Source of the DNA: a bacterium
Lineage (GTDB): Bacteria > JADJOY01
Length of the DNA: 47,845 bases
Direction of reading: 5' to 3'
NCBI GenBank assembly: GCA_046331705.1
Contig: JAXLQJ010000013.1
Coordinates: forward strand, 124,001 to 171,845
Shown one piece after another: positions 17,310 to 27,673 of the stretch. Position 1 is the first letter of the stretch, and each line of letters opens with the position of its first letter. Made by a program: the position numbers and the translations under genes. Under the pieces are notes generated by a model, which ran no database searches, was not told the DNA's origin, and saw only the letters and a program-made list of their open reading frames with translations.

Positions 17310-17418
17310 GGCACGACGCGATGCGGCGAAAATGTCCCGAGGTGGTAGAACGACGCGTGCGACCCGACGCTGCTCGCGCCGCCATCGCGGGCCGCGACGA
17401 CGCCCGGAACCACCCCCG

Positions 17419-18303
17419 ATGAGCACCGTTCCAGCGATCAACCTGCGCGTCGCCGAGCGGCTCCGCGAAGCCGCGGAGCTGCTCTCCGCCCAGGGCGCGA
17501 ACCCGTTCCGCGTCGCCGCCTACCGGCGCGCGGCCACGACGCTCGAGGCGCTCGAACGCGACGTCAAGGAGCTCGTCGACGCCGAGGGAATCGACGGTCT
17601 CATGGCGCTGCCCGCGGTGGGCGAGTCGCTCGCCGCAGCGATCCGCGAGATCGCGATCACGGGGCGCTACGGGCAGCTCGAGCGCTTGCGCGGCACCATC
17701 GATCCGGAGACCCTCTTCGCGACCGTGCCCGGCATCGGCCGCGCGCTCGCCAGGCGCATCCACGACGCCTTGCACGTCGACACCCTCGAGGCGCTCGAGA
17801 CCGCCGCCCACGACGGCCGGCTCGACGCGGTGCCGGGACTGGGTGCGCGCCGGCTCGCGGCGATCCGCGCGTCGCTCGACGCGATGCTCGGGCGTGTCCG
17901 CTCCCGCCCGCGTCCGCCCGCCGGCAGCGCCGTCGCCGAGCCCTCCGCGCGCGACATCCTCGACGTCGATCGCGAGTACCGCGCCGGCGCCGAGGCCGAT
18001 CGCCTGCCCAAGATCGCGCCCAAACGGATGAATCCCGAGGCCAAGGCGTGGCTGCCGATCCTGCACACCGACCGCGGGCCGTGGCATTTCACCGCGCTCT
18101 TCTCGAACACCGCGCGCGCTCACGAGCTGGGTCGCACCCGCGACTGGGTGGTGATCTATTTCTACGACGGCGAGCACCGCGAAGGTCAGCGCACGGTGGT
18201 GAGCGAGACTCGCGGCATCTTGACGGGCAAGCGGGTGATTCGCGGTCGCGAAGCGGAGTGCAAGGAAATCCACCTCGCCGAATCGAAAGGGACGACACCA
18301 TGA
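17419..18303 (+). CDS. Helix-hairpin-helix protein with a PolX-like N-terminal region and no recognisable polymerase domain
   Basis: N..VA..L...A.LL...GANPFRV.AYRRAA, plus three HhH motifs (LPAVG, VPGIG, VPGLG). ATG at 17419. Confidence 0.8.
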   Translation: MSTVPAINLRVAERLREAAELLSAQGANPFRVAAYRRAATTLEALERDVKELVDAEGIDGLMALPAVGESLAAAIREIAITGRYGQLERLRGTIDPETLFATVPGIGRALARRIHDALHVDTLEALETAAHDGRLDAVPGLGARRLAAIRASLDAMLGRVRSRPRPPAGSAVAEPSARDILDVDREYRAGAEADRLPKIAPKRMNPEAKAWLPILHTDRGPWHFTALFSNTARAHELGRTRDWVVIYFYDGEHREGQRTVVSETRGILTGKRVIRGREAECKEIHLAESKGTTP

Positions 18304-18929
18304 TCACCCGCTCGCCGATCCTCGTCGCGGCCGCCGTCGCGTGTGCGGCGCTCGTGGCCCGCCCGCGCGCCGCGAACGCGCTGCTCCTCGACGCCCGCGT
18401 CGGGCTCGCCGCGCCGGCCCAGGGCAACCTCGAGGACGATCTCGGCCTCGACGTGGGGCTCGGTGCCGGCGCCTCCCTCGGCTTCGAGCTCGCCGAGTTC
18501 CTGGCGATCGATCTGCGTTACGACGCGTTGCTGCTCTACGGCAGCGCGGCCGATGGCGTGGACTCCACCTGGATGAGCCACGCGGTCACCCTTGGCCCCG
18601 AGCTCGAGCTGCGCTGGGACGCCTTCGAGCTCTACGTCGGGGCTCACCCCGGCGTGTACTTCACCCAGCTCGGCCTCGACGCCGAGCTGCGCCGCGAGAT
18701 CGACGTCGACACCGACTGGTCCATCGACTTCGGTCTCAACGCCGAGCTCGGGGCGCGTTGGTTCCTCTCCGACCGCTTCTTCCTCGGCGCGGAGGCCGCC
18801 TACCACCTGGTGCTCGTCAACGACGATCACTGGGGCTTCGACGTCGAGGGCGCCGAGTTCGAAGGCGGCCCCATCGACGAAAGCGTCGGCGCCCTCACCT
18901 TCGGCATGACCGTCGGCTACCGCTTCTGA
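18300..18929 (+). CDS. Small outer-membrane beta-barrel protein
   Basis: Signal peptide, alternating beta strands and C-terminal YRF signature. ATGA overlap. Confidence 0.8.
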   Translation: MITRSPILVAAAVACAALVARPRAANALLLDARVGLAAPAQGNLEDDLGLDVGLGAGASLGFELAEFLAIDLRYDALLLYGSAADGVDSTWMSHAVTLGPELELRWDAFELYVGAHPGVYFTQLGLDAELRREIDVDTDWSIDFGLNAELGARWFLSDRFFLGAEAAYHLVLVNDDHWGFDVEGAEFEGGPIDESVGALTFGMTVGYRF

Positions 18930-19059
18930 GTCCTTCCAGGCCAGGCAACGGCGCCGGGCGGCGGCCTCCCACCGCTCGCGCCGCGCGTCCCCCGCTGCCT
19001 CGCCTACCGCCGCGGCTCCCCACCGGCCCACTCGGCAGCGGTCGCTCCACTCCGCGGGA

Positions 19060-20319
19060 TCAGCCTGCGGGCGGCCCGGGAAGCACCAGCCCGGGGCTGC
19101 CGAGCTCCACCTCGTCGAGGGTGCCGTTGAGGGACACCAGGTAGAGCGACGTGACGTTGAAGCCAGCTCGGCCGAACGCGATGTTCGCGTAGATCTTGCC
19201 GTTGGGCGCCGTGAAGTAGCGAAACGGCGGCGACCCGTCGGCGGGAATCAGGTAGACGCCGCTGGTGAGCTTCCCGACCTCGGTGCCGGTCGCGAACACG
19301 TTGCCGTCCTGGTCGAGCGCGAGGCCGTCGGCGGTGGGCACGTCCGCGATCCGGGTTGGCGTCCCCGCTGCCCCGTCGCGGTCGAGCGGAACCGTGAACA
19401 CGCCGCCCGACAGGCTCGCGACGTAGAGCACGTCACCCGCGGCGCTGAACGCGAGCCCGTTCGGCTGGGGGACGGCCTCGGTCGCGATCGCGAGCCCCTT
19501 GCCCTGCGGGTTCACGCGATAGATCCGGTTGCGCTCCGAATCCGAGAAGTAGATCTCGTTGGTGCGCGGATGGACCGCGATCCCGTTCGGCAGCGCGAAC
19601 GGCTCGAACTGATAGCCCTCGACGAAGATCTTGGGCTCCTCGGATCCGTCGATCTTCACGATCGAGCCGGTGCGGTTGTCGCACGCGAAGAGGTTCCCGG
19701 CGGCGTCGAGCGCGATGCCCGTGAGCGAGCTGTTGCTCTTGCCGCGGTAGAGGTACTCGGAGACGAACTGGTCCGACGTCTTGAACGGGCCGGGATGAAT
19801 CTCGAGCACCGATCCGTTGAGCTGCGAGGTCACCAGCGCGTTGCCCGCGTTGTCGAACGCGAGGCCCTCGGGCAGCGGCAAGCCGTCGATCCGCTGGAAC
19901 GGGACCGGCGGGTGGGTGTTGAGCGCCATGGCCTCGAGGTCGACCGAGCTGCCCGTGATGCTGGCTCGCATCCGGTTGCGCACGGGCAAGCGGCCGACGT
20001 TGTAGCGAGCCGAAGCGATTCCCTTCTGATCGCTCACGACGAACGGCTCGATGAAGCTCCCGCGGCCCGCCAGCGTGTCGAAACGAACGGTCACGCCTGG
20101 CAGCACGTTGCCGTCCTTGCCCACCACCCGGATCTGGATGGGCTTCGGCAGCGCGCCCTCGGTGGGCGCTTGTTGCTGATCACCGCTCGCGATCATCAGC
20201 GTGCCCACCCGCGAGCCCGAGGAATCACCGGAATCGCCGCAAGCGAGCGCGAACGACAGCGCGAAGGTGAACGCGGGCCCCGCGATGCGGACCCAGCGAC
20301 GGCGAGACGGAGCGCTCAC
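19060..20319 (-). CDS. Lipoprotein with Ig-like (Big_1-type) domain and SMP-30/gluconolactonase beta-propeller
   Basis: Lipobox ALAC; ASGDQQ..V..GVTV.F Ig-like segment; PEGLAFD, PNGIA, PNGLAFS and ADGLALD..GN propeller motifs. GAGGAGG RBS. Confidence 0.8.
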   Translation of the reverse strand: MSAPSRRRWVRIAGPAFTFALSFALACGDSGDSSGSRVGTLMIASGDQQQAPTEGALPKPIQIRVVGKDGNVLPGVTVRFDTLAGRGSFIEPFVVSDQKGIASARYNVGRLPVRNRMRASITGSSVDLEAMALNTHPPVPFQRIDGLPLPEGLAFDNAGNALVTSQLNGSVLEIHPGPFKTSDQFVSEYLYRGKSNSSLTGIALDAAGNLFACDNRTGSIVKIDGSEEPKIFVEGYQFEPFALPNGIAVHPRTNEIYFSDSERNRIYRVNPQGKGLAIATEAVPQPNGLAFSAAGDVLYVASLSGGVFTVPLDRDGAAGTPTRIADVPTADGLALDQDGNVFATGTEVGKLTSGVYLIPADGSPPFRYFTAPNGKIYANIAFGRAGFNVTSLYLVSLNGTLDEVELGSPGLVLPGPPAG

Positions 20320-20476
20320 TCGGACCTCCTCGGCACGCAGACCGCACGCGTGCGTCGTCGAACGGCGGGAATCGCGGCCTTTCTATCACGCGACCCGAGC
20401 GCCCCAAAGGCGCGAGCGCGGTCGCGTGCGCCGCGCACGGTGCGCGCCCGGCTGGCCGCCGTCGCGAAGGCGCGGC

Positions 20477-22024
20477 TCAACCGTAGCGAGCGACCATGCG
20501 CTGGGCGGTGCGCATCGCGTTGGACGAGATCGTGAGCGAGGGATCGATCCCCACCGAGCTCGGCAACGCAGCGCCGCACGCCACCCACAGGTTGGCCACC
20601 GAGTGCGACTCGCCCTCGGGATTCACCACCGACGCCTCGGGGTCCTTGCCCATCGCGGCGGTACCGAGCAGGTGCGATCCGAAGACCGTGATGCGGCCGG
20701 GATCGAACCGCACGCCGTCGACCTGCGCGAGGTCCGCCTCGCTCACGATGCGGATCGGCGGCACCGTCGGCAGATAGACCTCGCGCGCCCCTGCAGCGAG
20801 GTAGAGCTTCGCCGCCTTCCGGAAGTAGTCGCGCGCCTTCGCTTGGGTGGCCTCGTCCCACGCGTAGTGGAACCGCGGGCGGCCCTCGCCGTCGACTTCC
20901 ACGCGGCCGGGACCGGGTGCGTCGTCGACCACCGACAGACAAGCGGCGCCGCGCGTCATCAACTCGACCAGCCGGCGTCGATGCTCGCGACCGAAGCCGG
21001 GGATCACGGCGGCGGTGTAGCCGGGCTGGGCGCCGGCGCCGAAGAACGTGTAGCCACCCTCGAGGTAGCGGCCGTCACTGGCTCGCTTCGTCTCCTGGAA
21101 CTCGAGGACGTCGTGCGACGAGGGGATGTTGCGGTGGTGGAGCACCTCCTCGTCCATCACCGCCGCCACCGCGAGGTTCGGGTTGACGCACAGGTTGCGC
21201 CCGACCCGACCGCTCTCGTTGGCGATGCCGCTGCGGAGCAGCAGCGCCGGCGTGCCGAGGCCGCCGGCGGCCACCACCACTCCCTTGCGGGCGCGAACGT
21301 CGAGGGTGCCCAAGGGCTCGCGGGTCACCGGATCGAGGAAGCGGCCCCGCAAGCCCACCGCCGCGCCGCGCTCCACGTCGATCCCATCGACCCGGCAGCT
21401 CGCGAAGAGCCGGGCGCCGTCACCGAGCGCCCATGGCACGTAGGTCACCAGCATCGATTGCTTGCGGTTGTAGGCGCAGCCGAGCATGCAATAGCTGCAC
21501 GCCAGGCAGTCCTTGCGCGCCTGCGTCACCGCCTCGCAATGCCAGCCGAGCTTGTCGGCGGCCTCCTTGAGGATCCGGTTGTTGCGGTTGATCTGGTAGT
21601 CGTGGGCGCGCTCGACGTTGAGATTCGCTTCCACCGCCGCGTAATAGGGCGCCATCTCCTCGGGCGACCAATGCTCGAGCCCGCTGCGCTCGCGCCACTG
21701 CCGCATGCGAAACGCCGGCGCGCGAAACGCGTTCACCCAGTAGTGCACGGTCGAGCCGCCGACGGTGCGGCCGTAGCTCAGGATCATGCCGCCGTCGACC
21801 GTCGAGGTCGCGCCCCGACCGCCGTCGATGCGCGCGTGCATCTCGCCTTCGCGCTGGGTGAAGTCCTCGGCGGTCCAATGCGGGCCTTCTTCGACGAGGA
21901 TCACCGCGAGCCCGGCGCGCTGCAGCTCGGCGGCGCACACCGCGCCGCCGGCGCCGGTGCCCACCACGACCACGTCGCAGCTCTCGCGAAGGTTCCCGCG
22001 CACGTCCGCGGCGGTGGCGATCAT
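20477..22024 (-). CDS. GMC-family FAD oxidoreductase
   Basis: DVVVVGTGAGG, GRTVGGST, C..C..C..GC, VGRNL, H..GTAAMG and P.LTI motifs. ATG at 22024. Confidence 0.9.
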   Translation of the reverse strand: MIATAADVRGNLRESCDVVVVGTGAGGAVCAAELQRAGLAVILVEEGPHWTAEDFTQREGEMHARIDGGRGATSTVDGGMILSYGRTVGGSTVHYWVNAFRAPAFRMRQWRERSGLEHWSPEEMAPYYAAVEANLNVERAHDYQINRNNRILKEAADKLGWHCEAVTQARKDCLACSYCMLGCAYNRKQSMLVTYVPWALGDGARLFASCRVDGIDVERGAAVGLRGRFLDPVTREPLGTLDVRARKGVVVAAGGLGTPALLLRSGIANESGRVGRNLCVNPNLAVAAVMDEEVLHHRNIPSSHDVLEFQETKRASDGRYLEGGYTFFGAGAQPGYTAAVIPGFGREHRRRLVELMTRGAACLSVVDDAPGPGRVEVDGEGRPRFHYAWDEATQAKARDYFRKAAKLYLAAGAREVYLPTVPPIRIVSEADLAQVDGVRFDPGRITVFGSHLLGTAAMGKDPEASVVNPEGESHSVANLWVACGAALPSSVGIDPSLTISSNAMRTAQRMVARYG

Positions 22025-22055
22025 CGGCGGCCCTCCGAGCCTCGGCTCGCGACCA

Positions 22056-22688
22056 TCACACGCGCCGCGGCTGGATCGGATAGATGAGCGGAGCTTGCGG
22101 TGTGGTCTTGTGCCACGGGCCCGCGTACGAGAGCTTCGCGAAGGTGCGGTCGTCGTCGTAGTACGTGAAGACGACCAGGTTCTTGAGCGCCTGGAATCCC
22201 ACGCGGCGCACCTCGATCGACGACGCCTCCCAGCTCGCGAGGACATCGTCCTGCGCGTCCGGCGGAAGCCGCGTGAAGCGGCTCCAGTGACCATCGAGCA
22301 GCGTGCCGTGCTCGACGAGCGCGAGCAGCAGCTTCAGGTCGTCGAGGACCGGAGCGAGCGGCGGCTCGTTCCGCCACAGGGCCAGCTCCTCGTCCACCAG
22401 CTCCGCCACCCGCGCCTCCTCCACGGTCGGCCAACCGTCCTCGTCGGGGATCATCCGCTTGGCCACCGCACGGAAGATCGCGAGCTGCTTGGCGTCGAAG
22501 AAGCGCAAGCCGCGGGCTTCCTCGGGCCGAACGAGATCCTGGTACCCGGCGCAGCCGCTCGGCAGCCAGCCCGCGGCCGTCAGCGCCACCGTTCCATACG
22601 CCGCACCTCGCAAGAAATCCCTTCGCGCCAGGAATTCCCCGCGCAGCCGCGCCCGCGCTGGCGTGCGCGCCGAGTCGTCGCCGATCAT
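22056..22688 (-). CDS. Tat-exported gluconate 2-dehydrogenase subunit 3-like partner protein
   Basis: ARRDFLRG twin-arginine signal; RF..L....QD..L..W and YY...W/T...Y.GP pattern; directly upstream of the GMC gene. Confidence 0.75.
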   Translation of the reverse strand: MIGDDSARTPARARLRGEFLARRDFLRGAAYGTVALTAAGWLPSGCAGYQDLVRPEEARGLRFFDAKQLAIFRAVAKRMIPDEDGWPTVEEARVAELVDEELALWRNEPPLAPVLDDLKLLLALVEHGTLLDGHWSRFTRLPPDAQDDVLASWEASSIEVRRVGFQALKNLVVFTYYDDDRTFAKLSYAGPWHKTTPQAPLIYPIQPRRV

Positions 22689-22794
22689 CGTGCGATCCCC
22701 CTTCTCGCCCCGGACCCTACCCCGTTCGATTCGCCGCTCGCAACGCGTTCCCGCGATGGCGTCGCCAGCGCTTCGGTGCCGCGCGCCAAGCGCG

Positions 22795-25428
22795 TCACGG
22801 CACCGCGGTGACGGCAACCTGATCGACGCCGCCGGGATCGAGCTCGTGCCAGGCGAGCACCAGCGAGCCAGCGGCGCTCATCGCGAGCTGAGGCGGCCCC
22901 TGGGCGGGGACGCTCCCCGCCGCAGCGGCTCGGCCCGCGAGCGACGCCGCGAAGGAATCGCCGCCGTCCTCGCTCACCGCGAGGCGGACTTCGTTGCCAC
23001 CGCGCCGGGAGTCGCGCCACGCCACCGCCACGCGCCGCCCGTCGCTCGACACCGCGAGCGCGGGCCGAGACTGCACCGAGAACGAGCCTGCCGCGTCGTC
23101 CACGCGCACCGGCTGCGTGAACGTCTCACCGAGGTCATCGCTTCGCGCGAGCCACAGGTCGCCGCCGTCGCCGGCCGCGCCGCCGTCCGCCTGCCAGACG
23201 ACGTAGACCGTGCCCGTGCTCGCGACGGCGAGCGTCGGGAAATAGCGGTGCTCGAGCTCCGCTGCAGCAGCGACGACGTGGTCCGAATCGAAGTGCCTAC
23301 CGCCGTCTCGCGAGCGCGCCAGAAAGACCTCGTTGCGGCCGCGCCGGAAGTCTTGCCACGCGACCAGCACGTCGTCCCCGCGCACCGCGATGCTGGGATG
23401 CCATTGCTGGCTCGCGGCCAGGCCGCCGACGCCCGCCTCGCGGTCCGGCACTCCGTCCCCCGTCGAGTCGACGCGCACCTCCGGCCCCCACGTGAGCCCG
23501 CCGTCGTCGGAGCGCCTGAGCACGATGTCGGAATCGCTCACCGTGCGGTTGTCTCCCCACACCACGTAGAGCGCGCCGTTCGGGCCGGTGGCGAGCGCCG
23601 GGTCGTAGAGCAGGTTCTCGGGCGTCGGCCGCTCGCTCGCGCCGTCGATGCGCGCCGCCGGCCGCCGGAAGCTCGCTCCCCCGTCCTCGCTCGCGGTGCC
23701 GAAGATCTCCCAGCCATCGTTCCGGAAATCGGTCTAGGCAACGTGGACGCGACCGGTCACGCCAACGGCGAGACGCGCGCCCCACAGATCGTCCTGGTGG
23801 TCGGGGCGCGCCTCGCCGCCATCGTCGACGCGCACCGGCGACCCGAACGTGGCGCCGTGGTCGGTGCTGCGCGCCGCGTAGACGTCGGCGTTTCCCCCAC
23901 GAAAATCGATCCACGCCACGTGCACGACGCCGTCGTCGCTCACCGCGATCGAGGGGTTCCACTGGGCGGCGGCGCTCGACGCGACGCGCGTGGCCGGCGG
24001 CAGCGTGGCCGGCGCCGTCGCCTCCGCGCGGCTCGCCACCGGTATCGCGAGATCGGCCCAGATCACCGACTCGCCATACGCGTTCTCGAGCGGTGAGCCG
24101 CTTCCCGGCGCCATCGCGCGCGAGCGCTCGGCCAGCACCCGACGGCGCTCGCTCACGTCGAGCCGGGGGTCGCGAGCTCCGGGATCGGCGATCGCCCAGC
24201 GCCCCACCGCGCGAAACCCGACGTCGGGCACCGAGCCCACGAAGCCCAGCGGGCGCTCCTGCGCCGTCGCGTCGCTCACGATCGCGCCCTGCCCGTCGAA
24301 CGCGAAGTCGAAGAGGTTCCCGGTCATCATCGGCGTGACGTTGTGGCGCAGCGACGGGAAGCGCTGCACGTGCACCCAGTTCCCCGCCTTCCAGTTCTCC
24401 GGGTACCAGACGGTGTCACCGTTCTCGAGATAGCTCGCCCAGGCGCCCGGGTTGGCATCGGGTTGCACGATGACGTCGGCGCCGAGCTGGTCGATGCGAT
24501 CGACCACGTCGGCCATCCAGGCGTCCTTCGAGATGAGCACTCCGAGCTTGCCCACGGGTGTGGTGACCACGCGCAGGTCGCGCAGGTCACCGAACGCGAG
24601 GTCGAGCAGCGTCGGATCCTCCTCGGGCGGCGTCAGGTAGATCTTGCGGGTTCGATCCACGATGCGGCCATCGGGATCGAAGATCACCGCTTGGTTCCAG
24701 ACGTTGGCGTCCGCCGGGCGGTACACGTCGCCGCGCTCGGGATGCTCGGGATCGCCGAAGAGCGCCACGTCGAGGGGGTTGGTGCTGAGCCACGCATCGG
24801 CCACGTCGGTGGCCGCCACCAGGTACACGTCGTAGTCGTCGGCGAGCCGAGCGAAGGTATCGACGAAGGGCCGCCACAGTGCATCGGTGAGCGCCAGCGT
24901 GAGCGCGCGGTTCAGGCTCACCCCGTCGAAGCTCGCGAGCGAGAGCAACGTCTGCGGCAGCCACGCCACGCCGAGGCCGAGGAAGGCCTGGAGCGTCGCG
25001 AGGCCCGGATCGCGCAGCGCCGCCGCTTTCTCCCCCTGGAACGCGAGGATCAGCCCGACGTCCTCGGTGAAGACCACCAGGTCGCGAGCGGTGCGCACCG
25101 GATCCGCGGGATCGTCCGGCCCGAGCAGATGGGACGCGACGTCGTCGACGTCGGGCTGGACGAGATCGCCACCGCGCAGCCGCGCGTCGAAGAGCGCCCG
25201 CATCTTGGCGTCGAAGGCCTGGGCCGAGGCGCCGTCGGCGAAGCGAATCCGATTGGAGACCGCGAAGGCGCGCACGACGCGCGTGTGCGCCCCGTCGGCT
25301 GGGTGCGAGGCGCCCTCCCCGCCGCCGCCACACGCGGCCGCGCACGCGAGCGCGACCCGCGCCCAGCATCGCAGCGAGCGCCCGAGCCGGGCCCGCGAAA
25401 GCCACGGTGCGCCGCCGCGGCGAGTCAC
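22795..25428 (-). CDS. Lipoprotein: carbon-nitrogen hydrolase-like domain fused to a BNR/Asp-box beta-propeller; interrupted by an in-frame TAG at 23736-23734 (recoded codon or nonsense lesion)
   Basis: ORFs 23734..25485 and 22795..23565 are in one frame, separated only by TAG. Nitrilase-fold motifs VFTED, RKIYLT and GVLISKDAW; repeated S.D.G.TF/W Asp boxes on both sides of the TAG. Confidence 0.8.
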
Positions 25429-25450
25429 CCGTCCGTGGCGGCCGCGCCGC

Positions 25451-27487
25451 TCAGGGGATCGGTCCGTCCCCGTCGACGCCCACACCGTAGCTGCCCTTCA
25501 CCCAGAGCGGGGGAGCCGCCGAGCCGCGAAACGAATCGTGCCCGGCGCCGTCGAGCAGCATGCCCAGCCCCGCGGCGCCGCGCGACTCGCTCGCCCAGCC
25601 TTGCGACTGCTCGCCTTCGGCCTCGTAGTCGTCGTCACCGAGCAGATCCAGCAACAGCCCCACGGCGTTGTCGTTGCCCACGCCTTGCACCATCCAGGTG
25701 CCGTGGTAGCTGTCGTTCCCGTTCCCGTCGCGCAGCAGACCCACCGACAGGTCGTGGCCGCAGCCTTGGGACACGCCCCACGACTGGAAGCTGTCGTTGC
25801 CGCGGCGGTCGTCGAGCAGCCCGACCGCGGCGTGGACTCCCGCGCCCTGCGCGTAGCGGCGCGCGAGGTAACGATCGTTGCCGCTGCGGTCGAGCAGCAC
25901 CCCGAGGCCGTACCAATACGCACCGCCTTGCGCAAAATAGCTCGCGGTGTAGTTGTCGTCGCCGCCGAGATCCTCGAGCCAGCCCACGCCCCCCGAAACG
26001 ACCTCCCGATAGCCCATCGCGTAGCCCTGCATGAAGCTGTCGTAGGCCTTCACGGGCTCGCGATCGTCGGCGGTCCCCGACTGCGACGCGTACACGTCGT
26101 TGCCACCGGCCTCGACCAGCATCCCCACGCCGCCAGGTCCGCCGAAGCCTTGCGCGAACGTCGCCGCCGAATAGAGATCCTGACCGGCGGCGTCGATCAG
26201 GAGCCCCAGGCCGGCGACCGCGGCGCCCTCCGCCATGCGCTCGGAGAGGTAGCGGTCGTTGCCGGCGAGGTCGATCAAGACGCCCACCCCTCCGATGGCC
26301 GCGGCGGGGCCAGGCCCGGCGGACGTGTACGTATCGTCGCCGGCGAGATCGAACGACACGCTCGCAGCCAGGATTCCCGTGCCCGCGCCGCCCGCGTCCT
26401 CGGAGCGGTAGATGTCGTTGCCCGCCATGTCCACCAGCACCAGCGCCGCCGCCTGGGGCGCGGGCTCGACGCCGAGATAGGTATCCGATCCGCCCAGGTC
26501 CACGATCGCCAGCGCCGGCCCGCGATGGATGTCGTCGTCCGGCCCGCCGACGATCACGCGGCCGAGCTCGGTGTCGATCGTGAGCGGCGGCCAGAAATCG
26601 TCGTCGTTCGCCGCGGACGCTTGCGCCTTGGGACTGCGCTTGCCCGACGCCGATCCCTTCGCTCGAGTGGCGGCGCCGCGCGCGTCCCACGGCACCCGCA
26701 ACGAACCGAGCTCGTCGGCGAGCGACGAGGCCGCCTCGGAGAGCGCGGTGCCCGCTTCGAGCATGCGCGCCACGTCCACGCGCTCGAGAAGCGCGTAGAG
26801 CTCGCGCGCGTCGTTCTCGTTCATCGCGAGCGGGAATTGGCGCGCCGCCTTGGCGATGCGCTCGCGATCCGCAGCCGGCAACCCCTCGAGCGCCGAGCGC
26901 GCCAGCACGCTGCCACGGGCGACGTCGCGCAGGAAAGTCGACACCATCGCCGCCAGCGTGTTCGTCAGCTCGGGGTAGCGCACCCAGGGCGAGTCCGCGG
27001 GCGCCGCCGCGGTGAGCCGCGCGCCGTCCAGCGCGATCACCGGAACGACCACCGCACGCGCGGGATCGAGCGTCTCACCGAGAAGTTGCGCGGCGCTGCG
27101 AACCCGAAACGCGGGATCGAGCGCCGGCGAGGCACCGTCCAGAAGCCGCAGCACGGAGAGCGGCTCCGCCAGCGATCGATTCACCACCTCCAGGCGGAAC
27201 GCATCCGCGGGCCGGAAGTCCTTCTTGAAGCCGAACACACCCACGCCCTGTCCGAGCGCCTCCAGCGCCACGTCGAGCGGCGGACGACCGACCACCGCGC
27301 CAGCGTCCGGCAAGGGCGGCAGCGTCCACGGAGCGAGGAGCCCCGCCGGCGCTCCGATCTTCTCGGGCGGCGGCATCGCGGCGGGCGGCGGCGCGACCGG
27401 CACCGACGCGATCTCGCGCGTCACGCAGCCCGCTGCCAGCACCACGCTCAACGCAAGCCACAGCGAGACGAGCCCGGCGCGCGACAT
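25451..27487 (-). CDS. Lipoprotein with tandem D-x-x-G-x-D-x-Y repeats
   Basis: ATG 27487, lipobox LAAGC; about 12 repeats such as DLAGNDRY and DRSGNDRY alternating with G.G.L.D segments. Confidence 0.8.
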   Translation of the reverse strand: MSRAGLVSLWLALSVVLAAGCVTREIASVPVAPPPAAMPPPEKIGAPAGLLAPWTLPPLPDAGAVVGRPPLDVALEALGQGVGVFGFKKDFRPADAFRLEVVNRSLAEPLSVLRLLDGASPALDPAFRVRSAAQLLGETLDPARAVVVPVIALDGARLTAAAPADSPWVRYPELTNTLAAMVSTFLRDVARGSVLARSALEGLPAADRERIAKAARQFPLAMNENDARELYALLERVDVARMLEAGTALSEAASSLADELGSLRVPWDARGAATRAKGSASGKRSPKAQASAANDDDFWPPLTIDTELGRVIVGGPDDDIHRGPALAIVDLGGSDTYLGVEPAPQAAALVLVDMAGNDIYRSEDAGGAGTGILAASVSFDLAGDDTYTSAGPGPAAAIGGVGVLIDLAGNDRYLSERMAEGAAVAGLGLLIDAAGQDLYSAATFAQGFGGPGGVGMLVEAGGNDVYASQSGTADDREPVKAYDSFMQGYAMGYREVVSGGVGWLEDLGGDDNYTASYFAQGGAYWYGLGVLLDRSGNDRYLARRYAQGAGVHAAVGLLDDRRGNDSFQSWGVSQGCGHDLSVGLLRDGNGNDSYHGTWMVQGVGNDNAVGLLLDLLGDDDYEAEGEQSQGWASESRGAAGLGMLLDGAGHDSFRGSAAPPLWVKGSYGVGVDGDGPIP

Positions 27488-27673
27488 GCGCGCGAGGCTA
27501 CCACAGCGCCTTCGCCGCTCCGGATCGCGCGGATCCACGCGCGCAGGCGTCCCGCGACGGGCGCCGCGGCGGCTCGCACGACGTGGACGGAGCGACCGGC
27601 GTATCCTTGGCGCCGCGCGCGCCCGCGACCGCGCGGGCCGGCCACGATCGAGCGGCCGCGAGGAGGGGAGTCG

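Noticed and set aside
24887-27673. Apparent 1219-aa giant glycosyltransferase fusion
   Set aside because: Only the part from TTG 27674 (with its own RBS) is GT2; the rest is antisense to two real genes.
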